A stretch of DNA of 58,356 bases. Origin: a virus. Location: IMG/VR virus record IMGVR_UViG_3300029563_000007, positions 1 through 58,356 of that record. One strand, given 5' to 3'. The notes under the pieces were generated by a model. That model made no database searches and was not told the origin of the DNA. It saw nothing but the letters and a program-made list of their open reading frames with translations. How positions within the stretch are numbered: the stretch's first letter is position 1; the number at the start of each line of letters is the position of its first letter. The position numbers and the translations under genes were made by a program. Below, piece after piece: positions 52,306 to 58,356 of the stretch.

Positions 52306-52424
52306 ACTGGCTGTGGTTCGCGTTTATTTTGGCGTTGTGGCTTTGTGATTTGCCCTGTACGGCGGTTTTATTGTGTCGGTGTAGAACTTATAAGCCTACA
52401 GAACAAAACAGCCTTAAAACGCCT

Positions 52425-52453
52425 TTGAAAGCGTTGTATAAAATGGGTATAAT
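52425..52453 (+). promoter_or_regulatory. near-consensus sigma-70 promoter with no ORF downstream
   Basis: TTGAAA 52425-30, 17-nt spacer, TATAAT 52448-53. Confidence 0.55.
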
Positions 52454-52600
52454 ATACCCTTGAAAGTTGTGGAAGCTGTTGTCAGTTCTGGAGAATTCAA
52501 CAGAACGCACGCCGCTCCAACCGGGTACACTTGTACACCTAAAAAGCGCAAAAGCCTTATATATAAGCATAGCATTATTATATTAATTTTTCAAGGTACG

Positions 52601-52629
52601 CAAAGAAAAGCATATAAAAATATATGCTT
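52601..52629 (-). terminator. rho-independent terminator (minus strand)
   Basis: Minus strand AAGCAUAUA-UUUU-UAUAUGCUU followed by UUCUUUG. Confidence 0.6.
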
Positions 52630-52631
52630 AA

Positions 52632-52673
52632 TGCTTGCGGCTGGAATCGAACCAACCAGAACCCACAGCAAGC
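52632..52673 (-). ncRNA. tRNA-like acceptor/T-arm minihelix B
   Basis: Minus strand GCUUGCU-GUGGGUUCU-GUUGG-UUCGAUU-CCAGC-CGCAAGC-A; 6 of 7 acceptor pairs; no D or anticodon arm. Confidence 0.5.
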
Positions 52674-52674
52674 C

Positions 52675-52700
52675 AAAAAGGGCGCAGATTGTACGCCCTT
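52675..52700 (-). terminator. rho-independent terminator (minus strand) after the 52699 gene
   Basis: Minus strand GGGCG-UACAAUCUG-CGCCC then UUUUU. Confidence 0.6.
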
Positions 52701-52980
52701 AATCATTGAGAAAATTATAAATTTTTTCATTCTGTTTGTTTTCCTTGAACAAATAAAATGCTTCTAGCCTGTTAGGCTTTTTCAATAATTTTTTAACATC
52801 ATTTTCGCTGTCGTGCTCAATCGAGCAGAAAATCATAAATACACAACATTTTATTTTTTTAATCTCTTCGCTGTCAACTCTAGCAAAATCAAAAAAGTTT
52901 TTGATAGCGTTCTTGTATGCTTTTTCACAAGCTGGAATGGTCTTGTATGGTAAGTCTTTTGTATACCATTTTTTATTCAT
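52699..52980 (-). CDS. hypothetical protein
   Basis: 93 aa, minus-strand SD GGAGG. Confidence 0.55.
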   Translation of the reverse strand: MNKKWYTKDLPYKTIPACEKAYKNAIKNFFDFARVDSEEIKKIKCCVFMIFCSIEHDSENDVKKLLKKPNRLEAFYLFKENKQNEKIYNFLND

Positions 52981-53025
52981 TGTTATACCTCCATATTTTC
53001 ATTTTCCCCCTGACATCAGGGTAAA

Positions 53026-53066
53026 AGCAAGCCGGGGAATCGAACCCCGGAAACGCCAGCCTTGCT
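53026..53066 (-). ncRNA. tRNA-like acceptor/T-arm minihelix C
   Basis: Minus strand AGCAAG-GCUGGCGUUU-CCGGGG-UUCGAUU-CCCCGG-CUUGCU; its first two nt are the AG of the upstream UAG stop. Confidence 0.55.
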
Positions 53067-53298
53067 AATTTGCATAATAAAAATCAAAAACTTCTTTTCT
53101 TTCGGCTTGTCGCATTGCAAGAACACGCTCGAAAGCTCTTTTTACTAAAGGGAGAACATTTGCGCCCGATTTAATTGATTTCGCAATAGCAAGCATCTCT
53201 TCCGACGTCTTGTCGTAGATATAGCTAATAGCATTGTCAAAAGTCTCCTCCGAAATTTTTAATTCTTTCAAATCCTGTTGATATGTTTTAAATTCCAT
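53065..53298 (-). CDS. hypothetical protein
   Basis: 77 aa ORF track. Confidence 0.55.
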   Translation of the reverse strand: MEFKTYQQDLKELKISEETFDNAISYIYDKTSEEMLAIAKSIKSGANVLPLVKRAFERVLAMRQAERKEVFDFYYAN

Positions 53299-53322
53299 AA
53301 AATCAACCTTCCTTTCATTTTT

Positions 53323-53499
53323 CTATAAATACAGTTCCATAAATCTTCCACTTTTAGTTTTACTTTTAGTTAATACAACACCAGGGCGGTCAACTTTTAC
53401 ATATTGGGCAACTAATTCTTCAATTACTTCTTTGCTGTAGTATTGTTTCAAAGCTTCTCTTGTGTAGTCTTTTGCTTCTTCTAATATCATCATTTTCAT
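53323..53499 (-). CDS. hypothetical 58-aa protein
   Basis: MKMMILEEAKDYTREALKQYYSKEVIEELVAQYVKVDRPGVVLTKSKTKSGRFMELYL; tightly packed in the minus operon. Confidence 0.4.
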   Translation of the reverse strand: MKMMILEEAKDYTREALKQYYSKEVIEELVAQYVKVDRPGVVLTKSKTKSGRFMELYL

Positions 53500-53515
53500 A
53501 TACTCAACATCCTTT

Positions 53516-53695
53516 CTATGCGTTTGCTTCTGCTCTTAAAATCTCAATGCATTCTTTTTTCGTGTGCTCTCCGTAAAATTTTATAGGCTTATGAAATGCC
53601 TTTGCAAGGGCAAAATTTTCTTGATTTTTTAAAAATAAATCACGGATTTCTAAAAATGTCTTTTTGTGGCTTTCATACTGTTCTTTTTTTGTCAT
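53516..53695 (-). CDS. hypothetical 59-aa protein
   Basis: MTKKEQYESHKKTFLEIRDLFLKNQENFALAKAFHKPIKFYGEHTKKECIEILRAEANA; SD-like GGAUGG upstream. Confidence 0.4.
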   Translation of the reverse strand: MTKKEQYESHKKTFLEIRDLFLKNQENFALAKAFHKPIKFYGEHTKKECIEILRAEANA

Positions 53696-53723
53696 AATAA
53701 TTAACCATCCTTTCTTTTTGCTT

Positions 53724-53782
53724 GTCTCATCAGTGGCAAGGTTGCAACCCTACACCAGACCGCCGGGCGGCGGTTTCGACTA
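53724..53782 (-). ncRNA. hammerhead self-cleaving ribozyme, type II topology (candidate)
   Basis: Minus strand GUC-GAAA-CCGCC(GCCC)GGCGG-UC|UGGUGUAGGGU(UGCA)ACCUUGCCA-CUGAUGA-GAC; all invariant core nucleotides in the canonical order. Confidence 0.7.
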
Positions 53783-53929
53783 TATCTTTATGAACATTTC
53801 CCAAGGTGCTATAATAATACCGCCTTTACAATCGGCGTATATTATTACTTCCCCATTTTTGGTTATTTCGTACTTTTTAAAAGTACATTCTATCTCATTG
53901 CCGTAAATAATCTTGTCGCCTATTTTCAT
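53780..53929 (-). CDS. hypothetical 49-aa protein
   Basis: SD GGAGGG then ATG; MKIGDKIIYGNEIECTFKKYEITKNGEVIIYADCKGGIIIAPWEMFIKI. Confidence 0.4.
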   Translation of the reverse strand: MKIGDKIIYGNEIECTFKKYEITKNGEVIIYADCKGGIIIAPWEMFIKI

Positions 53930-53941
53930 TTTTAACCCTCC

Positions 53942-54322
53942 TTATTCTGTAATCCTTTCAAATATTTCTATTGTTTTGCGTGCGTTTTCCCTCTTCTTTT
54001 CAGCCGTATAACTATGGCGGCGGCTCTTTAATGCCTTTCTTGCTGTCTCTATGCTATTAACTCCCCACGCTGCGGCTTCTCTTAATAACTCAACCTCTTC
54101 TTTTGGTAGCTTAATAGCTCTTAAAGTGTCAGAGTTGATAGAGTAATCATCTTTAATTCCCGGATACAAATCTTGGCAAACTGGAATATATTCATCACTC
54201 CCCATATTCTCGCCGATATTCCATACATAGAAACCAAATGGAATCTTTTCAACTATTTTATAAATATCTGTTTTACCTAATGTTTCACTTGTAATTGTGT
54301 CGCCCTTAACTTCAAATCTCAT
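53942..54322 (-). CDS. hypothetical protein, first gene of the minus-strand operon
   Basis: 126 aa ORF track. Confidence 0.55.
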   Translation of the reverse strand: MRFEVKGDTITSETLGKTDIYKIVEKIPFGFYVWNIGENMGSDEYIPVCQDLYPGIKDDYSINSDTLRAIKLPKEEVELLREAAAWGVNSIETARKALKSRRHSYTAEKKRENARKTIEIFERITE

Positions 54323-54431
54323 ATTCTTGCACCATCTCGCCGATTGTGATATAATCGGCTTACCTTTCTTTTTTTGATTGGTGGCGGTTCGTTCTTGGTA
54401 GGAGTGACCGCCTTATTTATTTTGTAGCTTA

Positions 54432-54475
54432 ATAATAACACCTTTTAAGGTGTATGTCAACACCTTTTAAGATGT
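54432..54475 (-). promoter_or_regulatory. leftward promoter with palindromic operators
   Basis: Minus strand TTGACA (rc 54455-60), 17 nt, TATTAT (rc 54432-37). ACACCTTTTAAGGTGT (54438-53) fills the spacer; near-copy ACACCTTTTAAGATGT at 54460-75. Confidence 0.6.
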
Positions 54476-54497
54476 TTTTAAATTTTGTTTTTAAGTG

Positions 54498-54526
54498 TTG
54501 CAAAACTGCAATATTTTATATATAAT
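54498..54526 (+). promoter_or_regulatory. rightward promoter of the HTH gene
   Basis: TTGCAA 54498-503, 17 nt, TATAAT 54521-26. Confidence 0.55.
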
Positions 54527-54557
54527 AGTAAAAACAAAACAGAAAGGAGCTTGCGAA

Positions 54558-54785
54558 ATGCTTACATATAAAATAGATGTATTAAAAGAGCTGGCACAGC
54601 GTGGCTACACCGCAAACAGAATGAGAAAAGAGAAGATATTGAGTGAAAGCACGATGCAGAATTTAAGGAATAAAAGCGATATTAATACAAAGACATTAAA
54701 TACATTATGTATTATTTTAAGATGTCAGCCAAGCGATATAATAGAGATAGTACCAACCGATGACGAGAAGATAAAATATTTTTAA
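54558..54785 (+). CDS. Cro/C1-type HTH regulator (HTH_26/YozG-like)
   Basis: MLTYKIDVLKELAQRGYTANRMRKEKILSESTMQNLRNKSDINTKTLNTLCIILRCQPSDIIEI. Confidence 0.65.
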   Translation: MLTYKIDVLKELAQRGYTANRMRKEKILSESTMQNLRNKSDINTKTLNTLCIILRCQPSDIIEIVPTDDEKIKYF

Positions 54786-54787
54786 AT

Positions 54788-54832
54788 AACACTAAAAATA
54801 GTGTTGACAATATAACGCTATCGGTATATAAT
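54788..54832 (+). promoter_or_regulatory. consensus promoter overlapped by a palindrome
   Basis: AACACTA-AAAA-TAGTGTT 54788-805; TTGACA 54804-09, 17 nt, TATAAT 54827-32. Confidence 0.6.
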
Positions 54833-54881
54833 CAAGGTACATTAAAAGAAAGGACAGCCGCAAAGCTGAAAGGTGAAGAAT

Positions 54882-55364
54882 ATGGAAATAACAAAAGAAA
54901 TACGCGAAGGCAAAGAGATTTACGCGCAGCGAAAGAATTATGAAAATGTTGAATTAGCTGTGCTTAATGGTGCTACAGAAGAACAGGCACAAGCAATAGC
55001 ACGATTGTGCGGAGATAGACACTATATCCATAGGAACAGAAGCAGAGTTTTTTATGCTGAGTCCGGCGATGCCGAGACGATTGGGGAGTTGCTAAGTAAT
55101 TGCTCAACAGAGAGCATTAATGACTATTTAAGCAAGGCAGGACTGCCGAGGATAGAATACACCTACAGTTTTGATGATGATACATCTAACGATTATCTTT
55201 ATGAGCTAGAGGAAATGACACGAGAGGAAGCAGAGGAAAAAACCGAAGAAGTTATGAAACAATTTGACGAGGATATAATGAAATATATCCAAGATTTTGA
55301 CAAAAAATATAATACACATTTTACCCCTACTTTAGCGGGAAGAACGAAGGGATACGAATTTTAA
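54882..55364 (+). CDS. hypothetical protein with acidic C-terminal half
   Basis: ATG 54882 (MEITKEIREGKEIY...), ...DDDTSNDYLYELEEMTREEAEEKTEEVMKQFDEDIMKY. Confidence 0.5.
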   Translation: MEITKEIREGKEIYAQRKNYENVELAVLNGATEEQAQAIARLCGDRHYIHRNRSRVFYAESGDAETIGELLSNCSTESINDYLSKAGLPRIEYTYSFDDDTSNDYLYELEEMTREEAEEKTEEVMKQFDEDIMKYIQDFDKKYNTHFTPTLAGRTKGYEF

Positions 55365-55385
55365 GAAAGGTTAAAGGTGGAAAGA

Positions 55386-55937
55386 ATGAAAACAATAAGC
55401 ATTGACAAGCTCAAGAAGATGAGCTACGAAGATGGAAAAGCAATTTTAGTAAATGCCGGATATAACGCAAAAGCCGGAAAAGAAAATTATCAACCTTGTA
55501 ATACGGAATATGAATATGCAACAGATATTTATTTCTGTTTAGAAAATAAGGACAGATTAAAAGAAATAGATAGAATATGTTGCACTATATACTCTGACGA
55601 GTATATATATACTAACGAAGATGAAGGTGTATATAATGTGTTAGATAGTGACACGTTAAAAACAACCTGGGAAAAAGATGACCCACGAATAACAAAAGTG
55701 GGTGTTCTTGCCAATTTAAAAAAACTTATTGGTAGGAATATAGATGACCTTGATACAGATGTATGTGAGGCTTTTGAAGATTATGACGAGCAAGGCGAGA
55801 CTTGTATGTCTTGCGAAGAAAGTCAAGATAATAGTTATACTTATGTAGCATCTATAGATGTTGAACTTTCGACGTCATTCGTCATAAATTGCGATAGTGA
55901 TAACGTAATAATAGACGTTTGGATACAAGAACGATAA
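55386..55937 (+). CDS. strongly acidic hypothetical protein
   Basis: SD AAAGGTGG then ATG 55386; D/E-rich throughout (…DDLDTDVCEAFEDYDEQGETCMSCEESQDN…). Confidence 0.5.
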   Translation: MKTISIDKLKKMSYEDGKAILVNAGYNAKAGKENYQPCNTEYEYATDIYFCLENKDRLKEIDRICCTIYSDEYIYTNEDEGVYNVLDSDTLKTTWEKDDPRITKVGVLANLKKLIGRNIDDLDTDVCEAFEDYDEQGETCMSCEESQDNSYTYVASIDVELSTSFVINCDSDNVIIDVWIQER

Positions 55938-55969
55938 AAAATAACTGATTTAAGCTAGGAAACTGCGTA

Positions 55970-56012
55970 AGATGTATAATCGTTAAAATAGGCGGTTATA
56001 CATCTTTTTTTA
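55970..56012 (+). terminator. rho-independent terminator
   Basis: AGATGTATAA...TTATACATCT then TTTTTTT. Confidence 0.65.
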
Positions 56013-56040
56013 TTTTAAAACAGAAAGCAGGAATACAACG

Positions 56041-56736
56041 ATGAAAAGAATAGAGTTTGAACCAGGAGAAAAAATTTCTGGCACGTATTGGACAGTTATA
56101 GAAGAAGCCCCAAGTAAAAACGGGGAAAGATATTACAAATGTCGCTGCATTTGTGGAAAAGTTAAAGAAGTAAATGTTAAAAATTTAAAGTATGGGAAAA
56201 GTAAATCGTGTGGCTGTGTGGCAGCTAAAAGATTAAGCAAAAAATACAAGGGCGTTGTTAAAAAAGAGAATGATATAGATTTAACAAATAAAATATTTAA
56301 CAAGATTAAAGTGGTTAAACGCATAAGTGGGAAGGGAGTTCAAACAATATGGGAGTGTGAATGTTTAAATTGTGGGAAAATCTTTAATAAAACCCAGCAC
56401 AATCTCGCATCTGGTCGATGTGTGTCCTGTGGATGTGCAAAGCGGGAAAATTCTAAGAAAAATATTAATAAATATTTAGGACAGGTAGAAAAAACAAATC
56501 TTAGCACAATTAATAGCGATAAGCCGGGGAAAGCGAACACTTCCGGAGTTAAGGGCGTAAGCTATCGAAAAACAACGAACAATTATGTTGCATACATTGG
56601 ATTTAAGGGCAAATTGAATATAATAGGCTATTTTAAGACGCTAGAAGAAGCAGCAGCCGCACGAAAACAAGCGGAAGAGAAATTGTATAAGCCAATTTTA
56701 GAAAAATATAACTATAAATCAAACAAAGAAAATTGA
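56041..56736 (+). CDS. Zn-ribbon repeat protein with C-terminal AP2-like domain (third paralog of the 13506 family)
   Basis: YKCRCICGK...SCGCV, CECLNCGK...CVSCGC, then NTSGVKGVSYRKTTNNYVAYIGFKGKLNIIGYFKTLEEAAAARKQAEEKLY. Confidence 0.55.
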   Translation: MKRIEFEPGEKISGTYWTVIEEAPSKNGERYYKCRCICGKVKEVNVKNLKYGKSKSCGCVAAKRLSKKYKGVVKKENDIDLTNKIFNKIKVVKRISGKGVQTIWECECLNCGKIFNKTQHNLASGRCVSCGCAKRENSKKNINKYLGQVEKTNLSTINSDKPGKANTSGVKGVSYRKTTNNYVAYIGFKGKLNIIGYFKTLEEAAAARKQAEEKLYKPILEKYNYKSNKEN

Positions 56737-56788
56737 CTTTGCAATATATTTATGCTATATTATTTTAATAATTAAATATAAGATTTAC

Positions 56789-56825
56789 ACCCGATAATAT
56801 TAATATTGTTATCGGGTTATTTTTA
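56789..56825 (+). terminator. rho-independent terminator
   Basis: ACCCGATAA...TTATCGGGT then TATTTTTAT. Confidence 0.6.
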
Positions 56826-56883
56826 TGTTATTAGATATATAAAATTAATTAGCTGGAGCAGACCCAGCAGAAAGGGGGAACAT

Positions 56884-57546
56884 ATGGAGAAACTACAGGA
56901 AACACCAGACACACCGGAGATATTCCAGAATGACATAGAATTATATCTGACAAAATTTTGTGAAGAGCACAACATCGAAGATATGACCAAAGAACCACAG
57001 AGCAGATGGAATGCTGCATTAATGTATATAAATAAATATGTTTTTAGTGATAAAAGTATATTAAAGTTAAATAAGAATATTAATAAAAATAATACTAATT
57101 GCATAATGGATAATAATTTTAATATGTATGATTATGATAAAGTTGAGTATATATTATATATATATTATTATTTATGTGCTGTATATGATAAAGAGTGTAG
57201 TATTATAGGTTTTAGTTTATTAACTGGAATTAATAGGGATACTATATACGACTGGGGTACGAAAGAGAAGAAGCTAAGTACAAAAAGTTGTGACATCGCG
57301 GAAAAACTGCGCATATTCCGTGAGGAAAGTTTATCAAATAAATTGGCAACCGGCAACAAAAATCCGGTCGGAGTTCTGGCAATACTCAATCGTCATTTTG
57401 CTTGGAATCTTCCCGGCGTGAGTAGAGAAAGCACCACAAAAACAGCGCTGACAGCTGCAGAAATACGCCAGCAATTAAACCAAAATAATACACAATTAAC
57501 GGATAAACAGCAGATAAACGCTGTAAACAATTCAGACACAATTTAA
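56884..57546 (+). CDS. terS: terminase small subunit (putative)
   Basis: SD AAAGGGGG then ATG 56884; ...SIIGFSLLTGINRDTIYDWG (HTH-like) and NKNPVGVLAILNRHFAWNLPG resembling the TerS ..G.IF.LKN.. motif. Confidence 0.5.
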   Translation: MEKLQETPDTPEIFQNDIELYLTKFCEEHNIEDMTKEPQSRWNAALMYINKYVFSDKSILKLNKNINKNNTNCIMDNNFNMYDYDKVEYILYIYYYLCAVYDKECSIIGFSLLTGINRDTIYDWGTKEKKLSTKSCDIAEKLRIFREESLSNKLATGNKNPVGVLAILNRHFAWNLPGVSRESTTKTALTAAEIRQQLNQNNTQLTDKQQINAVNNSDTI

Positions 57547-57697
57547 ACAGCTTGCAAACCGCTTAAATACTGGGTTTGTGAGTAATAAGTATTTATATAA
57601 CGCTGATAAATTAAGGTTTATCGGCGTTATAGTATGGATATGGTGTTAATTGTGTTAATTATTTGAGAATATGGCATAAAATAGACACAATTACATA

Positions 57698-57739
57698 GAC
57701 GAGGGCGGAGGGGGTTTATTTGTCCTCGGAACACGCCCC
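57698..57739. other. isolated GC-rich island in a ~520-bp ORF-free AT-rich region (candidate packaging site)
   Basis: GACGAGGGCGGAGGGGGTTTATTTGTCCTCGGAACACGCCCC flanked by ATAGACACA words (57681, 57951) and GTGTTAATT x2 (57643-60). Confidence 0.3.
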
Positions 57740-58065
57740 AACTAAGTCACTCAATTATCCAAAATAACAAAAAGTCCTTATATATTAATATATATTTATA
57801 TTATTATTACCCACATAATACACATATTATATAATTATATATAAATAACACATAACCATTAATCATATAATTAATACCAATAAATCACTTATATATTTAA
57901 TTAAAAATAATCCAATTAACATCTATACATTTAAGCTAATTAGGTGTATAATAGACACATATTAATTAATCACAAGATATTCAATAAGCACATCAGAAAA
58001 CGGCTAATTCAGCTGAGTAAATTCCAAAAAAATTTCAAAAAATAAAAAAGAGTTAGGAGTTATAA

Positions 58066-58356
58066 ATGCAGGGCAATGAATACCAAAAATTGGCTATGCG
58101 TACTAACGATAAAAAGGCATATCGTAGATTATATATTGAATTAACTGGCAAGCTTCCACTTAGTCCTATAACAGAAAGCAATGCTAAGTGTAGCAACATA
58201 AATGACATAGCAGGACTTCTTAATGGTGTCTTAGGTTTAACTGGCGAAGCTGGCGAGGTATCAGACCTCGTTAAAAAGGGCATATTCCACGAAAAAGGCA
58301 TAGACTTAGAGCACCTCAAGAAAGAGTGCGGCGATGTAATGTGGTACGTTGCTATG
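58066..58356 (+). CDS. mazG: MazG-like NTP pyrophosphohydrolase, N-terminal part (continues at base 100 of the circle)
   Basis: SD AGGAG then ATG 58066; MQGNEYQKLAMRTNDKKAY...LLNGVLGLTGEAGEVSDLVKK. Confidence 0.75.
   Translation, partial: MQGNEYQKLAMRTNDKKAYRRLYIELTGKLPLSPITESNAKCSNINDIAGLLNGVLGLTGEAGEVSDLVKKGIFHEKGIDLEHLKKECGDVMWYVAM
58258..58356 (+). repeat. 99-bp terminal overlap identical to bases 1-99 (circular closure of the assembly)
   Basis: Direct comparison of both ends; the overlap lies inside one continuous ORF. Confidence 0.9.

Noticed and set aside
52460-52702. 80-aa track ORF downstream of the orphan promoter.
   Set aside because: It has a TTG start without an SD. It reads through two terminator hairpins and the complement of the tRNA-like element, and the composition is not protein-like. 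It is treated as noncoding RNA instead.
53008-53021. Second hammerhead suggested by CUGAUG on the minus strand (CCCUGAUGUCAGGG). A similar CUGAUGU occurs at about 11481-11487 on the plus strand.
   Set aside because: The invariant A9 is replaced by U. No GAAA and no stem III/UH site follows in the required order. The sequence is simply a 5-bp hairpin with a 4-nt loop.

Overview
The window is a complete, circularly closed, AT-rich temperate siphovirus-like phage or prophage genome. Bases 1-99 are identical to 58258-58356, so the unique length is 58,257 bp, and a MazG gene spans the junction. SD sites are GGAGG-like and promoters are sigma-70-like, which fits a low-GC Firmicutes/Clostridia-type host.

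Layout:
- 1-4.7 kb: MazG, a cluster of 3 tRNAs, a replisome-organizer-like gene with internal iterons, and small Cys-rich genes.
- 4.7-31 kb: the morphogenesis and lysis block. It runs TerL, sigma-like regulator, portal, scaffold, capsid, connectors, holin, tail tube, frameshifting chaperone, 1532-aa tape measure, tail tip/fibre with an S74 chaperone domain, and GH25 lysin. Accessory islands interrupt this block.
- 31.3-32 kb: CI/Cro-type switch with repeated palindromic operators.
- 32-46.5 kb: early, recombination and replication genes (two antirepressors in the genome, SMC-like ATPase, RecT-like protein, MBL-fold gene, SSB, DnaD-like organizer, loader-like protein). These are invaded by HNH, GIY-YIG and Zn-ribbon/AP2-type selfish genes.
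- 46.5-48.5 kb: Xis-like gene, tyrosine integrase and an attP region with arm-type repeats.
- 48.5-52 kb: an odd cargo module of Q/N-, G/W- and Cys-rich proteins.
- 52-54.5 kb: an RNA-rich region with a minus-strand operon of tiny genes.
- 54.5-57.5 kb: regulators, acidic proteins and TerS.

Most notable observations:
1. A complete type II hammerhead ribozyme core lies between two minus-strand cistrons.
2. Three tRNA-like acceptor/T-arm minihelices lack D and anticodon arms. Two of them punctuate the same operon, and one is fused to a stop codon.
3. An 80-bp inverted repeat (71/80 identical, mostly synonymous differences) brackets two alternative C-terminal cassettes of a small fibre-tip-like protein. 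This resembles the Mu G segment, but no invertase gene is nearby.
4. A P22 immI-like RHH plus antirepressor island sits inside the tail module.
5. Two genes are disrupted by frameshifts at short repeats: the MBL-fold gene inside its HxHxDH motif, and a methyltransferase-like gene near T4/G6 runs.

All functional calls come from reading motifs by eye. No searches were run.
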